Source: a virus (Duplodnaviria > Caudoviricetes). Taken from it: a stretch of 35,719 nucleotides of DNA. This document shows positions 16,785 to 25,247 of this stretch, in pieces. Each line of letters begins with the position of its first letter. The stretch's first letter is position 1. A program made the translations under genes and the position numbers. The DNA lies in the IMG/VR virus record IMGVR_UViG_3300025365_000008, positions 1 to 35,719 of that record; one strand, 5' to 3'. A model generated the notes under the pieces. It had not been told where the DNA came from and ran no database searches. It was given only the letters and a program-made list of their open reading frames with translations.

Positions 16785-18839
16785 CTTTTTAGGCTTTTGC
16801 CACACCACAGTTCTCGTCGTTCCAATGCGTTTTTTCTCAAATCCAAGATGTTTAAGCATTCTTGCTACTGTCATTTGTTCCCCTTTTGTCGGTGCATTAA
16901 ATGGATTACTTTGGATGCCCATGCAGATTTCAGACACTTTATATGACTGCTGATAATTCAATTTAATATACTCTTCAATCTTATCTTGGAGCGATTCATC
17001 AATGACTGAGTAGGTGTCGTTTACTTCTTTTTGATACGTTTCTGCATCCCTAAACAGCACTCCAGACTCTTTAAAAGTATGAATTGCCTCTGCCCAAATC
17101 TGTGTTCTATCGGCAATGAGTGCCTCAATATCCGCTTGATTGACTACATCAAGTGGCAGCCACCTACGATTATTTTCACCAACGCTGAGAAATTCATCAT
17201 CATTGGTTGTGCCAATAAATGCACATCGTCTGGGGATGCGAACATTTAATTTAGCGAATGGGGGCCGATATTCCTCAACTTGCCTTACTACCCATGCCTT
17301 GATCATATTTGCCTCTTTGGACCTTAATCCTTGCAGTTCTGCCAATTCGCCAATAAGTTTGCCATTCAGTAGCATTTTGCTGTCTTTGTTATCAATATCG
17401 TGAAAATTCAGTTCTGCATAGGTATCTGGTATCGGAGCTAAAGCATTAACTGCTGATGACTTCCTCATACCTTCTTTACCAATTAAAACAATGGCCATGT
17501 CCACTTTAATGCCAGGCTCAAGTAATCTGCCGGCCATTGCAGTCGCAAAATATTGAGAATAAGCCATCTCTCTGGCTGAGGATTCGACACCAAAATAAGT
17601 ACTAAATAAATGATCAATACGTTTAATGCCATCCCATTTGAGGGAATTACCCCATTCAATCGCTGAATCAAATCGCTGATCGTGAGCCACTTTATATACA
17701 CAATCCATTAAATTCGACTTGGATGGAGTTGCAAAGCCATGTCGTTCTAATTGCATTGATAGACTAAAAAAGTCCGTTTCACGAATCGCCCTAAAATCGT
17801 TTTTGTCGTAGAGCATGATTTGCTGGGTAAACTCATCGTATTTGAGTTTCAATTGATTTAAGGCAGCATACAAATTGTCGTTTGTATTGGTAATCTGCCC
17901 TTTTTTCGTTATTTCTAAATTAGTAATATCAAATTGCAGGCAATCAATATCTTGGATTACTTCGCCATCGCTATTTACTTGAAAGTCTTGATTCGGTAAT
18001 GAAATCTCTGGAGTAAATTCATAATTGGATACTGTCTTTAAGATGGTAGCCCTAATCTCATGTTCTGTAAGTGGTGGCTTACATACTCGATTATTCTCCT
18101 CCAAAATGGCCTGTAGTAATATATATTCGCTAGAAATAACATTTCTTGCCTTCGATGCAAACTTAAATAAATAGTTATTTCGGTTTGTATCTACATAAAA
18201 CTCTTGATCACTATTCGGTGCTGGAATAATTGCCACCACCTTTTGAGGACTAATCTGATTGGCCAAACTATTAAAGTTCGGCATCTTCTGAATCCCTTTA
18301 TCCTTGATCACATCGCCAGTAATAGTTAAATATCTGCCGGTAGAGTACATCTCCACTTGGAGGGTATTAAATGAGCCATTGATGCCCTTTGTGAGCGGTT
18401 CTGCGTATCCCAATGCCCTTAGACCTTTGCGACTTGGAGAATACTCACAGTAACTTGGCTGGAGCTTTTTAAGAAAGTCGATTGCCTCTGGTGAGATTGT
18501 TCCTTTCTCATCTACGCAGTTATCAAGGTCCACACCGACTAGGCCATCATTATTAAGAACAAAACCAATGCCAGCTCGATCGCCTTCCTCGAATGAGGTT
18601 AATGCCTTCTCAAAAGATGACCAGGTATCCGGATCATTGGACTTACCATACTGATCTAATAAGTTTGGATCATAAAGAACCTTCCGAGGTTTATCGCCAT
18701 TATTCGCGACTGCCTTCCATGTCACCCACCTTGGAATATCCTTTAAAACCTGTGGGATTCTATCTGGATTAGGTAGGTAATAGGTATATCCATCAACAGT
18801 TATCGATGGTTTTTGCTGTAGATTTATGTTATTATTCAT
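16782..18839 (-). CDS. Primase-polymerase (NrS-1-like AEP) + PriCT-1 + VapE-like helicase fusion
   Basis: WVTWK, SNDPDTWSSF, GIGFVL, GVDLD, EYSPSRKG; RNNYLF...CKPPL..HEI; Walker A GKEGMRKS, ELAEL, FIGTTN, NRRWLP. Confidence 0.88.
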   Translation of the reverse strand: MNNNINLQQKPSITVDGYTYYLPNPDRIPQVLKDIPRWVTWKAVANNGDKPRKVLYDPNLLDQYGKSNDPDTWSSFEKALTSFEEGDRAGIGFVLNNDGLVGVDLDNCVDEKGTISPEAIDFLKKLQPSYCEYSPSRKGLRALGYAEPLTKGINGSFNTLQVEMYSTGRYLTITGDVIKDKGIQKMPNFNSLANQISPQKVVAIIPAPNSDQEFYVDTNRNNYLFKFASKARNVISSEYILLQAILEENNRVCKPPLTEHEIRATILKTVSNYEFTPEISLPNQDFQVNSDGEVIQDIDCLQFDITNLEITKKGQITNTNDNLYAALNQLKLKYDEFTQQIMLYDKNDFRAIRETDFFSLSMQLERHGFATPSKSNLMDCVYKVAHDQRFDSAIEWGNSLKWDGIKRIDHLFSTYFGVESSAREMAYSQYFATAMAGRLLEPGIKVDMAIVLIGKEGMRKSSAVNALAPIPDTYAELNFHDIDNKDSKMLLNGKLIGELAELQGLRSKEANMIKAWVVRQVEEYRPPFAKLNVRIPRRCAFIGTTNDDEFLSVGENNRRWLPLDVVNQADIEALIADRTQIWAEAIHTFKESGVLFRDAETYQKEVNDTYSVIDESLQDKIEEYIKLNYQQSYKVSEICMGIQSNPFNAPTKGEQMTVARMLKHLGFEKKRIGTTRTVVWQKPKK

Positions 18840-18870
18840 ATTAGGTGTGAGAAGTAAAGTTTAGGAAAAG

Positions 18871-18897
18871 AAAGCCATCATTGAGAGTGATGGCTTT
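18871..18897. terminator. Hairpin upstream of the primase gene (terminator/attenuator)
   Basis: AAAGCCATCA-N7-TGATGGCTTT, with T-rich tails on both strands. Confidence 0.65.
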
Positions 18898-18921
18898 TTA
18901 CTTTAAGGATTTAGTTTATCA

Positions 18922-19200
18922 CTATTTAATCCGGTGGCGGACAATACTCGTTATCCCATTCGGTAAATTATCCACAATTCTCTCTACTGGATCATCTTCT
19001 TGCACATCCACAAATGAAATTGCTTGAGATGTATTGCCAGTAGCCTTAATATAGTCGACCTCCATCTTGGCTGAGTTGATAATGGTTTGACTAACATCTG
19101 ACATGGCCTGTGCAGTTTCAATCTTCATGCTGCCGTCTTTAAGGCCTCTTAGGGCATCAAATAAATGAGATCTAAGTTCTTTTATTGTATTATTTTCCAT
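18922..19200 (-). CDS. Conserved helical phage protein usually paired with the upstream HNH-like gene
   Basis: ELRSHLF..L..L...AQA...VSQTIINSAK.E pattern. Confidence 0.6.
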   Translation of the reverse strand: MENNTIKELRSHLFDALRGLKDGSMKIETAQAMSDVSQTIINSAKMEVDYIKATGNTSQAISFVDVQEDDPVERIVDNLPNGITSIVRHRIK

Positions 19201-19873
19201 GATTTTTCCTTGTGCTATTAATTTTTCTATTCAATACTCCACGCAGCTGCGATACTTGAGCCAATTCCTTTGGCATCATCTCCCAAAGTGAATTTTTAAC
19301 TCGATTTTCAGCTAATGAAACCATTTCTAAAATATCCACAGTAATTAGCTCTGGATCAAGCGGTGGAGGATTGACTTTAAAACGAATGACCATCTTCTCA
19401 GGTATTGGACCATAAGCCTGTTCCCAAACCAATCGATGCACCGACTTCCAGCGATTCTTTGCTGGTCCAGGCTGATCACTCACCTTTAATTCCAATGTCT
19501 TTCTTGCGGTTTTGCTATCAACTACAATGCGATAACTACCGATCGGTAAAGTATTCATTGGCATTGATCCTTTTTTAAAAACGCTATTCGGACTTAAAGA
19601 TGGAAACCCTTTCCTACCTTTGTTCCATGACTTTTGACCAGGCTTAAATTGGGTTGCCTTCATTGCTTCTGACATTTTACCTAATTGGACTCGGCCACTT
19701 TTGTCTGATTTATTAAATTCTTCAGATTTCTTTAGTCCCAATAATTTTGCCTTGCGATAGATTTGCATCACATTCTTATTGCATAAAACCGCCACCTGAG
19801 CAGCAGTTTCATGCGGATAATACTCTTTCAGCAATGCCAATTGATGATCTTGCCAATCGACTTTTACGCTCAT
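19190..19873 (-). CDS. HNH-like endonuclease family protein (divergent active site)
   Basis: TQFKPGQKSWNKG, FKKGSMP, HRLVWE..YGPIP motifs. Confidence 0.7.
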   Translation of the reverse strand: MSVKVDWQDHQLALLKEYYPHETAAQVAVLCNKNVMQIYRKAKLLGLKKSEEFNKSDKSGRVQLGKMSEAMKATQFKPGQKSWNKGRKGFPSLSPNSVFKKGSMPMNTLPIGSYRIVVDSKTARKTLELKVSDQPGPAKNRWKSVHRLVWEQAYGPIPEKMVIRFKVNPPPLDPELITVDILEMVSLAENRVKNSLWEMMPKELAQVSQLRGVLNRKINSTRKNHGK

Positions 19874-20853
19874 TTAGACCTCTTTAATGATGGTGCAGAT
19901 AAGGATTCATCAATCAGATCAGCCGGCACATCAAAGCCAGACTTCTTGAGTTGAGTAATTGATTTAAGCTCAAAGATGGCTGGATTATTATTAAATAGTT
20001 CAACGACTGCCTGTGCATCTTTAATCTTCTGCATCTTTCTGCCTTTGGCCATTGACCATCCAGCTACAAAGCCACCAGTATTCATTATGTCTTTGGCTGC
20101 CTCTCTGACTGCGTCAATCCAACCTTCTAACATTTCAGCAGTATCAAGCAATTCAGGCAAATCTGCTAAATGCTCTGATGGCTTAAATTCCTGTTTAGCC
20201 ACTTCAATTGCTTTATCTTTGATGGATGGGCAAACTGTTTTACCATTGCAATATTTACAAGCTGTATAGGATGGAGTTGGATCTTGGAATGGATCTTCAG
20301 CCTTTTCTGCAAGTGCTTTTAATTCAATTTCAAATGCCACCATGTCATCATAACTATATTGAGCCGGTAGTTGCTGGGCATAATGCGGTTGAAAGATGTG
20401 GCAATAAATAGTTACATTTGGCTGACCATGTAAAATCCAAGCACCTAAAGCATAGGTTTTTAGTTGAATAGAATTGGTCTTTACAACCCCTCTGCCGGTC
20501 TTTAGATCAACAATGTGTAATTCATTATCGTTGACAATAATAGCATCAGCAGTTCCACCCAAAAGAGGATGAACAGTCATTAATGCCTCTGTTAAGTTTG
20601 TTTCAAGTTCATAATGTCCACACACAAAATCACTAATATAATTAAGGTAAGCATTGGCCCATTCTAAACCTTCTTGATCTTCTGTAATAACTTCTTCGCC
20701 TTTTCCAAGTAATTCAGCCATTTCGTGAATCCGAGTCCCACGTTCTGCTGCTGGATTGGATTTATTGGGGATGCCAATGCTCATGCGATATGAGGCTGGG
20801 CAGAGTGCAATGCGAGGTAAAGAACTTGCTGAGAGTGGTGAGTGGTATGCCAT
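19870..20853 (-). CDS. DUF2800 / Cas4-like PD-(D/E)XK exonuclease
   Basis: HSPLSASS..R..CP, A.RGT..H, GTAD, DLKTG, QL..YA, CKYC..K..CP. Confidence 0.88.
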   Translation of the reverse strand: MAYHSPLSASSLPRIALCPASYRMSIGIPNKSNPAAERGTRIHEMAELLGKGEEVITEDQEGLEWANAYLNYISDFVCGHYELETNLTEALMTVHPLLGGTADAIIVNDNELHIVDLKTGRGVVKTNSIQLKTYALGAWILHGQPNVTIYCHIFQPHYAQQLPAQYSYDDMVAFEIELKALAEKAEDPFQDPTPSYTACKYCNGKTVCPSIKDKAIEVAKQEFKPSEHLADLPELLDTAEMLEGWIDAVREAAKDIMNTGGFVAGWSMAKGRKMQKIKDAQAVVELFNNNPAIFELKSITQLKKSGFDVPADLIDESLSAPSLKRSK

Positions 20854-20855
20854 GA

Positions 20856-21119
20856 TTATTCGTCTTCCTGTTCGATTTGGTTAATAGGGTTCATGTAAAG
20901 TTTTGGGTTGTTAAAATTTGGTAATAAATCCGGTCTAAGATCAGCCGGCTTGATTCTGCCTTCAGTTAATTCTTCAATCCTCTTTAAATAACGAGTAGGC
21001 ACTCGGTCTAGCTTGGCCCACATATAGACTGATTGCACCGATACATCCAAATCGATGGCAACAGCTTTGGCAGTTCCAAACTCCAACAATAATTTATTAA
21101 AATTTCTAGGTTGTTTCAT
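20856..21119 (-). CDS. Cro/YdaS-like HTH regulator
   Basis: VAIDLDVSVQSVYMW...IEELTEG...LRPDL; first gene after the divergent AT-rich gap. Confidence 0.8.
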   Translation of the reverse strand: MKQPRNFNKLLLEFGTAKAVAIDLDVSVQSVYMWAKLDRVPTRYLKRIEELTEGRIKPADLRPDLLPNFNNPKLYMNPINQIEQEDE

Positions 21120-21262
21120 GTAATTCCTTTCTTAAGAAATTACAGTTTAGCATTTAATTTTAAATAATTACAAAATATTTATTAAAAAAGTATTGTTTTG
21201 TTATTAAAAGTAGTTTAAAGTTATTTCATGCAGTTAAATTTAATTAGAGAAAAGGAAAAGAA
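21120..21262. promoter_or_regulatory. Divergent promoter region
   Basis: Plus strand TTGTTT (21193) - 17 bp - TAAAGT (21216); minus strand TTGTAA (21173) - 18 bp - TAAACT (21149); very AT-rich. Confidence 0.6.
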
Positions 21263-21544
21263 ATGAAACACATACACGCAGAATTAATTAAAGCTTGGGC
21301 TGATGGTGCAAAGATTGAAAGACGAATATCTAAAATAACTTGGATAGATTCTGAATGTCCTGGTTGGTATGACGATGAAGAATATCGCATTAAACCAGAA
21401 CCAAAGCCTGATATTGTTTTATTTGGATATGTATCTAAATCAAATATTTTTGGTTTGCATAAATTAACAAATAGTTTTGACAACATAAAATTGACTTACG
21501 ATGGCGAAACTGGCGAACTTAAATTAGCCGAGGTAATCAAATGA
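21263..21544 (+). CDS. Hypothetical phage early protein
   Basis: KHIHAELIKAWADG..IE...EYRIKPEPK; paralog at 24095. Confidence 0.7.
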   Translation: MKHIHAELIKAWADGAKIERRISKITWIDSECPGWYDDEEYRIKPEPKPDIVLFGYVSKSNIFGLHKLTNSFDNIKLTYDGETGELKLAEVIK

Positions 21545-21699
21545 ACATCTTAAAAAAAATATTTGAATACATTGTTTTGGTCATTTTGCTTGCAGTTGCA
21601 ATTGCCTTCTTAATCTTTTCAGCTTTTTTAATTGTCAAATATCCAACGCAAACGATTGCATTTACTTTATTGTTTGCCTTATTAGTGAGGGAAAAATGA
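21541..21699 (+). CDS. Small membrane protein (52 aa, not in ORF track)
   Basis: MNILKKIFEYIVLVILLAVAIAFLIFSAFLIVKYPTQTIAFTLLFALLVREK; ATGA-coupled at both ends. Confidence 0.6.
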   Translation: MNILKKIFEYIVLVILLAVAIAFLIFSAFLIVKYPTQTIAFTLLFALLVREK

Positions 21700-21785
21700 A
21701 AACACCATTAATTGATTACTTCATCGTAATAGTTTTCGGCATTGCATTAGGTTATGGCCTAGCAGTTTGGTTTACCAATTATTAA
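21696..21785 (+). CDS. Small single-TM peptide (29 aa)
   Basis: MKTPLIDYFIVIVFGIALGYGLAVWFTNY; GAGG RBS, ATGA overlap. Confidence 0.55.
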   Translation: MKTPLIDYFIVIVFGIALGYGLAVWFTNY

Positions 21786-21791
21786 TTAGTA

Positions 21792-21821
21792 CCAGTCCGG
21801 AGCATCTGGATAAAATGCTCC
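21792..21821 (+). promoter_or_regulatory. Predicted H-type RNA pseudoknot in the ssb leader
   Basis: S1 CCAG(21792-95)/CTGG(21806-09); S2 GGAGCAT(21799-805)/ATGCTCC(21815-21). Confidence 0.55.
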
Positions 21822-21843
21822 AATTTTGTGAAAAGAGTGAAAA

Positions 21844-22413
21844 ATGAAAGTAGTTACCAATAAAGTTCGTGCATCCTATTTAGCCTGGCATACTCCAAGA
21901 GAAGGCCTTGATGGCAAAATGTCTTACTCAGTAGAGTTGTTGATTCCAAAGACTGATGTCGATGGCATCACCAAAATCAAGGCAGCCATGAAAGCAGCCT
22001 TAGAAAAGAAGTTTGGAGATTTGTCCAAGGTTAAAGGACTTAAGAATCCATTGAAAGATGGTGATGGCAATAAGCAAGATGGCACTCCACACAGTGAGGA
22101 ATATCATGGCCACTTCTATCTGCGTTGTAAATCTACAGAGAAGCCTGGAGTAATTGATTTGAAAGGCAAAGAGATCATCAATAGCACAGAATTTGTGTCT
22201 GGTGACTATTGCAGAGCCTCCATTATGGCATCAGCCTATGATTCCAATATGGCCAAAGGAGTTACCTTTTACCTAAACAATCTCCAAAAGGTAGCTGATG
22301 GAGAAGCATTAGGTGGTGGTAAAACCACTGCTGCGGAGGACTTTGGAGTTCAAGGTTCTGCAAATGCAGATTTTGCTGAAACACCGGCTCAAGATGGCGA
22401 TCTCCCATTCTGA
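21844..22413 (+). CDS. ssb: Single-stranded DNA-binding protein, DUF2815 / T7 gp2.5-like
   Basis: VRASY, YSVELLIPK, NPLKDGD, SGDYCRAS, KGVTFYLNNLQKVADGEALGG; acidic tail ending DGDLPF. Confidence 0.9.
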   Translation: MKVVTNKVRASYLAWHTPREGLDGKMSYSVELLIPKTDVDGITKIKAAMKAALEKKFGDLSKVKGLKNPLKDGDGNKQDGTPHSEEYHGHFYLRCKSTEKPGVIDLKGKEIINSTEFVSGDYCRASIMASAYDSNMAKGVTFYLNNLQKVADGEALGGGKTTAAEDFGVQGSANADFAETPAQDGDLPF

Positions 22414-22612
22414 GGTAACTCTTGATTGGTTGCTGGAGGATTATAAATATAGTCCCCCAGCAGTTAATTTATTTCCTAAAGAATGGACCATTTTTGATAT
22501 TGATGATTCAGATTTTAAGACTGCCAAAGTAAAAATGGACAGTAAGGCCGATAAAGAAAAGAAAGCCAAAATGAAAAAAGAAGCTCAAGCCATGAAAGCA
22601 ATGAAAAAATGA
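22394..22612 (+). CDS. Hypothetical protein
   Basis: Likely start MAISHSEV at 22394; ATGA-coupled to rusA. Confidence 0.5.
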   Translation: MAISHSEVTLDWLLEDYKYSPPAVNLFPKEWTIFDIDDSDFKTAKVKMDSKADKEKKAKMKKEAQAMKAMKK

Positions 22613-22968
22613 TGATCTCCTTTATGTCATTCCCAGTACCGCTTAGCAACAATGTCTATTACAGACGTTCTGGTCACCATATGCACATCAGCACCAAGGG
22701 CAAAGAATATAAAAAGACTGTATGTAACATCGTTTCTCAGTTTTATCCTATTAAATTTGGTATTCAGCCAGTAAGAGTTCATATTGATTATTGGCCGGCT
22801 ACCAAAAGAAAAGATGATCTCGACAACAGATTTAAAGCAATTTTGGATTCATTGACTGCTGCTGGTGTTTGGGATGATGATTCGCAGATTGATGAGCTGA
22901 GCATTTTAAGAAAGCCAGTAATGAAAGGTGGAAAGATTGTTGTAACTGTCGAGGCCATTCATGGATGA
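22609..22968 (+). CDS. rusA: RusA-family Holliday junction resolvase
   Basis: P.P.S.N.YYR, DLDNRFKAILDSL..AGVWDDDSQI. Confidence 0.9.
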   Translation: MMISFMSFPVPLSNNVYYRRSGHHMHISTKGKEYKKTVCNIVSQFYPIKFGIQPVRVHIDYWPATKRKDDLDNRFKAILDSLTAAGVWDDDSQIDELSILRKPVMKGGKIVVTVEAIHG

Positions 22969-23113
22969 TTACCAAGTTTCAATCTTTGGTAAAGATTGCC
23001 TAGTGTCATTCAAGAATGAACCAGACCTAGAATCCATTGATGTAGTGCGAGAAATATTAAATAATTTAACAGATGAAATAATTAAGGAGCAATTAAATGG
23101 TAATCAATCTTAA
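22961..23113 (+). CDS. Small acidic hypothetical protein (50 aa)
   Basis: MDDYQVSIFGK...NGNQS; GAGG RBS; fills the gap after rusA. Confidence 0.5.
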   Translation: MDDYQVSIFGKDCLVSFKNEPDLESIDVVREILNNLTDEIIKEQLNGNQS

Positions 23114-23258
23114 AGTAGTACAAAAAGATTATTTAGGATGGGTAGTTGAGTTCCCACCCACTTTTGATGCATTAAAACCACAGCAGAAATTGGATTTAAT
23201 CCAAGATGCGTTATACGACCTTAATGTTAAGTTTAAGGATGTAAATGAAAACTATTGA
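23097..23258 (+). CDS. Small hypothetical protein (53 aa)
   Basis: MVINLKVVQK...NENY; AAGGAG RBS. Confidence 0.6.
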   Translation: MVINLKVVQKDYLGWVVEFPPTFDALKPQQKLDLIQDALYDLNVKFKDVNENY

Positions 23259-23433
23259 AAAACTTAATTTAGATACAGTTGCAACTTTTCCAATGATTGC
23301 ACAAGAGCTTGGAGAAAATGAAAGTGCTGTTTTTGAATGCTATAAAAGAGCATTAATTAAGCTGCAAGTGGCACTCCGGAGAAAAGGTTATCAGCTGGAT
23401 GATTTCTTTGGGTATGTAAAAAATGAACATTAA
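23245..23433 (+). CDS. Sigma70 region 4-like HTH protein
   Basis: TFPMIAQELGENESAVFECYKRALIKL resembles T..EIA..LG.S...V.Q...RAL.KL. Confidence 0.6.
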   Translation: MKTIEKLNLDTVATFPMIAQELGENESAVFECYKRALIKLQVALRRKGYQLDDFFGYVKNEH

Positions 23434-23719
23434 TGGAGCAAAATATATGAAAGCATTTCCAGTAACAACTAAAAACCAAGAAGGTGCTTGGGGTCAAGAA
23501 GGTATGGATTTAAGAGATTTTTTTGCTGCTCATGCACCAGAAGTACCATTACTTTTTCCTAAAAAAGAGTGGTCAGAAACTATTATTGCGACATCTTATT
23601 TAAATGGGGAAAAAAGGTACACACCAACAAATACTACTAAAACAGAAAATTGGCTAGACCATAAAGTTAGATGGTCTTATGTTTGGGCTGATGCAATGAT
23701 GGAGGCTAGAAAGAAATGA
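23423..23719 (+). CDS. Conserved phage early protein
   Basis: AFP...GMDLRDFFAA...ADAMMEAR motif. Confidence 0.7.
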   Translation: MNINGAKYMKAFPVTTKNQEGAWGQEGMDLRDFFAAHAPEVPLLFPKKEWSETIIATSYLNGEKRYTPTNTTKTENWLDHKVRWSYVWADAMMEARKK

Positions 23720-23916
23720 TTCAATTAACTTTAAGTGAATGGACCAGCATTGACGATCGGCTGCCAAAGATTGCTGAAGATGTAATTGTTTTTAGCGATG
23801 ACAAATTCCAAATTGATATTGGATTTTTAATGAATGGCAAATGGTTCAGTGATCGAGGTGAGTTACACACTGTCACCCATTGGATGCCATTACCAAACCC
23901 ACCAGAGGAGAAATAA
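23716..23916 (+). CDS. DUF551 family protein
   Basis: WTSIDDRLP...VTHWMPLPNPP. Confidence 0.85.
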   Translation: MIQLTLSEWTSIDDRLPKIAEDVIVFSDDKFQIDIGFLMNGKWFSDRGELHTVTHWMPLPNPPEEK

Positions 23917-24105
23917 ATGGATGAAATACTAAAAAAGTATCAAGATCAGCTTGACCAGGCAATTAAATTTTCTGAGAAGATAAATCGACAAAAGTCTTAT
24001 TTGGTTGATTTGTTGATTAAAAATAAATCACCATCAAGTAGTGTAATTATTGGTAAATACCTTGATTGGTTAGATGAAAATGAAGGAACTAAAAATGAAG
24101 CATAA
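23917..24105 (+). CDS. Hypothetical protein
   Basis: 62 aa ORF with GAGGAG RBS. Confidence 0.55.
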   Translation: MDEILKKYQDQLDQAIKFSEKINRQKSYLVDLLIKNKSPSSSVIIGKYLDWLDENEGTKNEA

Positions 24106-24394
24106 ACACGCAGAGGTTATTAGAGCATTTCTTGATGGTAAACAATGTGAGGGATGGAATTTCCAAACTAAAGAATGGTATGAAATTACAAGATTGGGTT
24201 CATTTGATTATTGTGACGATGCAAGAATTAAGGCAGAACCAGAGACAAAAGAATATTACGATGAAGATACTTTTGATGTTCAATACCTTTATGCCTATAA
24301 CGATACTAAAAATGGAGTTATGAGATTTATTTCAAAAAAAATAATTAATCTTATAGATTGGGAATACATGGGTAAAGTGAGGTTAGAAAAATGA
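24095..24394 (+). CDS. Hypothetical protein, paralog of 21263..21544
   Basis: MKHKHAEVIRAFLDG...RIKAEPE; AAGGA RBS before ATG 24095. Confidence 0.65.
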   Translation: MKHKHAEVIRAFLDGKQCEGWNFQTKEWYEITRLGSFDYCDDARIKAEPETKEYYDEDTFDVQYLYAYNDTKNGVMRFISKKIINLIDWEYMGKVRLEK

Positions 24395-24852
24395 ACAAAT
24401 GGATTAGTGTTAATGATAGGCTGCCTGATAATAGCAACGTGGTCTTAGCCTACGATTTACGAGTTTCTAGGGGCATCAATGTGCCAAAGATATATTTTGC
24501 ATTTTACTTGGGAACGACATGGTTCCATGCTGTGCCACCGCTTCGAATAATGGATGTTACCCATTGGATGCCGTTACCTAAACCACCAGAAGAAGAAAGT
24601 GAACCAATCGAAAATTCCGAACAGTTGCCTGTAGCTTGGATTAAAAAAGAATATTCACCAGATTGTGGTTATTTTTTTAATATATATGAACATGAAATAG
24701 ATGGCTATATGCCTGTTTACACCCATCCAATGCGTAAATTAACTGATGAAGAAATAGCTAAGGAGTTGGAAAAATTTATTTCCGATGGGGGAAGTGTTTT
24801 TGATATTTGGGGATGGACTAAATTTATTTTAAAGAAAGCGAATGAAAAATGA
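24391..24852 (+). CDS. DUF551-containing modular protein
   Basis: WISVNDRLP...VTHWMPLPKPP, then PVAW...YTHP, LTDEEI, ILKKANEK. Confidence 0.8.
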   Translation: MNKWISVNDRLPDNSNVVLAYDLRVSRGINVPKIYFAFYLGTTWFHAVPPLRIMDVTHWMPLPKPPEEESEPIENSEQLPVAWIKKEYSPDCGYFFNIYEHEIDGYMPVYTHPMRKLTDEEIAKELEKFISDGGSVFDIWGWTKFILKKANEK

Positions 24853-25244
24853 CTGCAAATGAATTAGATGAATTATTGAGAGAAAATCCAAGTTTTATTA
24901 TTTCATTGCAAAATAAATGTGAAATGCAAGAAAAAGAAATACAAAAGTTAAAAGATTTATTAGGCATTCAAGCATCTTCTACCGATTTAAACATTAAAGC
25001 AGTTAATAAAATTAAAGAACAAGCACAAGAAATTAATAATTTAAAAAAACAAATTACTCAATTATCTATTTCTCGTGAACCAAAGATAAGAGATCGAGTC
25101 ATTTTGATAGATGATGAATCTGAAGGGGTTATTGAAAGTTTATCTATTGCTGGCGGTCCAAGAATTAGTTTCGATGATGGATGTTATGGAAATTACACCA
25201 GAGTTGAATTAATTACTTTGTTTGCCTATAAAGAAAGCGAGTGA
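24849..25244 (+). CDS. Coiled-coil hypothetical protein (cassette 1)
   Basis: Starts MTANEL within repeat 1; ends YKESE inside repeat 2. Confidence 0.65.
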   Translation: MTANELDELLRENPSFIISLQNKCEMQEKEIQKLKDLLGIQASSTDLNIKAVNKIKEQAQEINNLKKQITQLSISREPKIRDRVILIDDESEGVIESLSIAGGPRISFDDGCYGNYTRVELITLFAYKESE

Positions 25245-25247
25245 CAA

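Noticed and set aside
16782-17900. Virulence factor (VapE name)
   Set aside because: The VapE-like domain is a P-loop helicase fused to a primase; replication role, no evidence of virulence
2246-20411. Numerous plus-strand 60-100 aa ORFs in the ORF track
   Set aside because: Antisense shadows of well-supported minus-strand genes; no recognisable motifs
19870-20853. CRISPR-associated cas4
   Set aside because: Motifs fit the stand-alone phage DUF2800 nuclease; no cas1/cas2 or array
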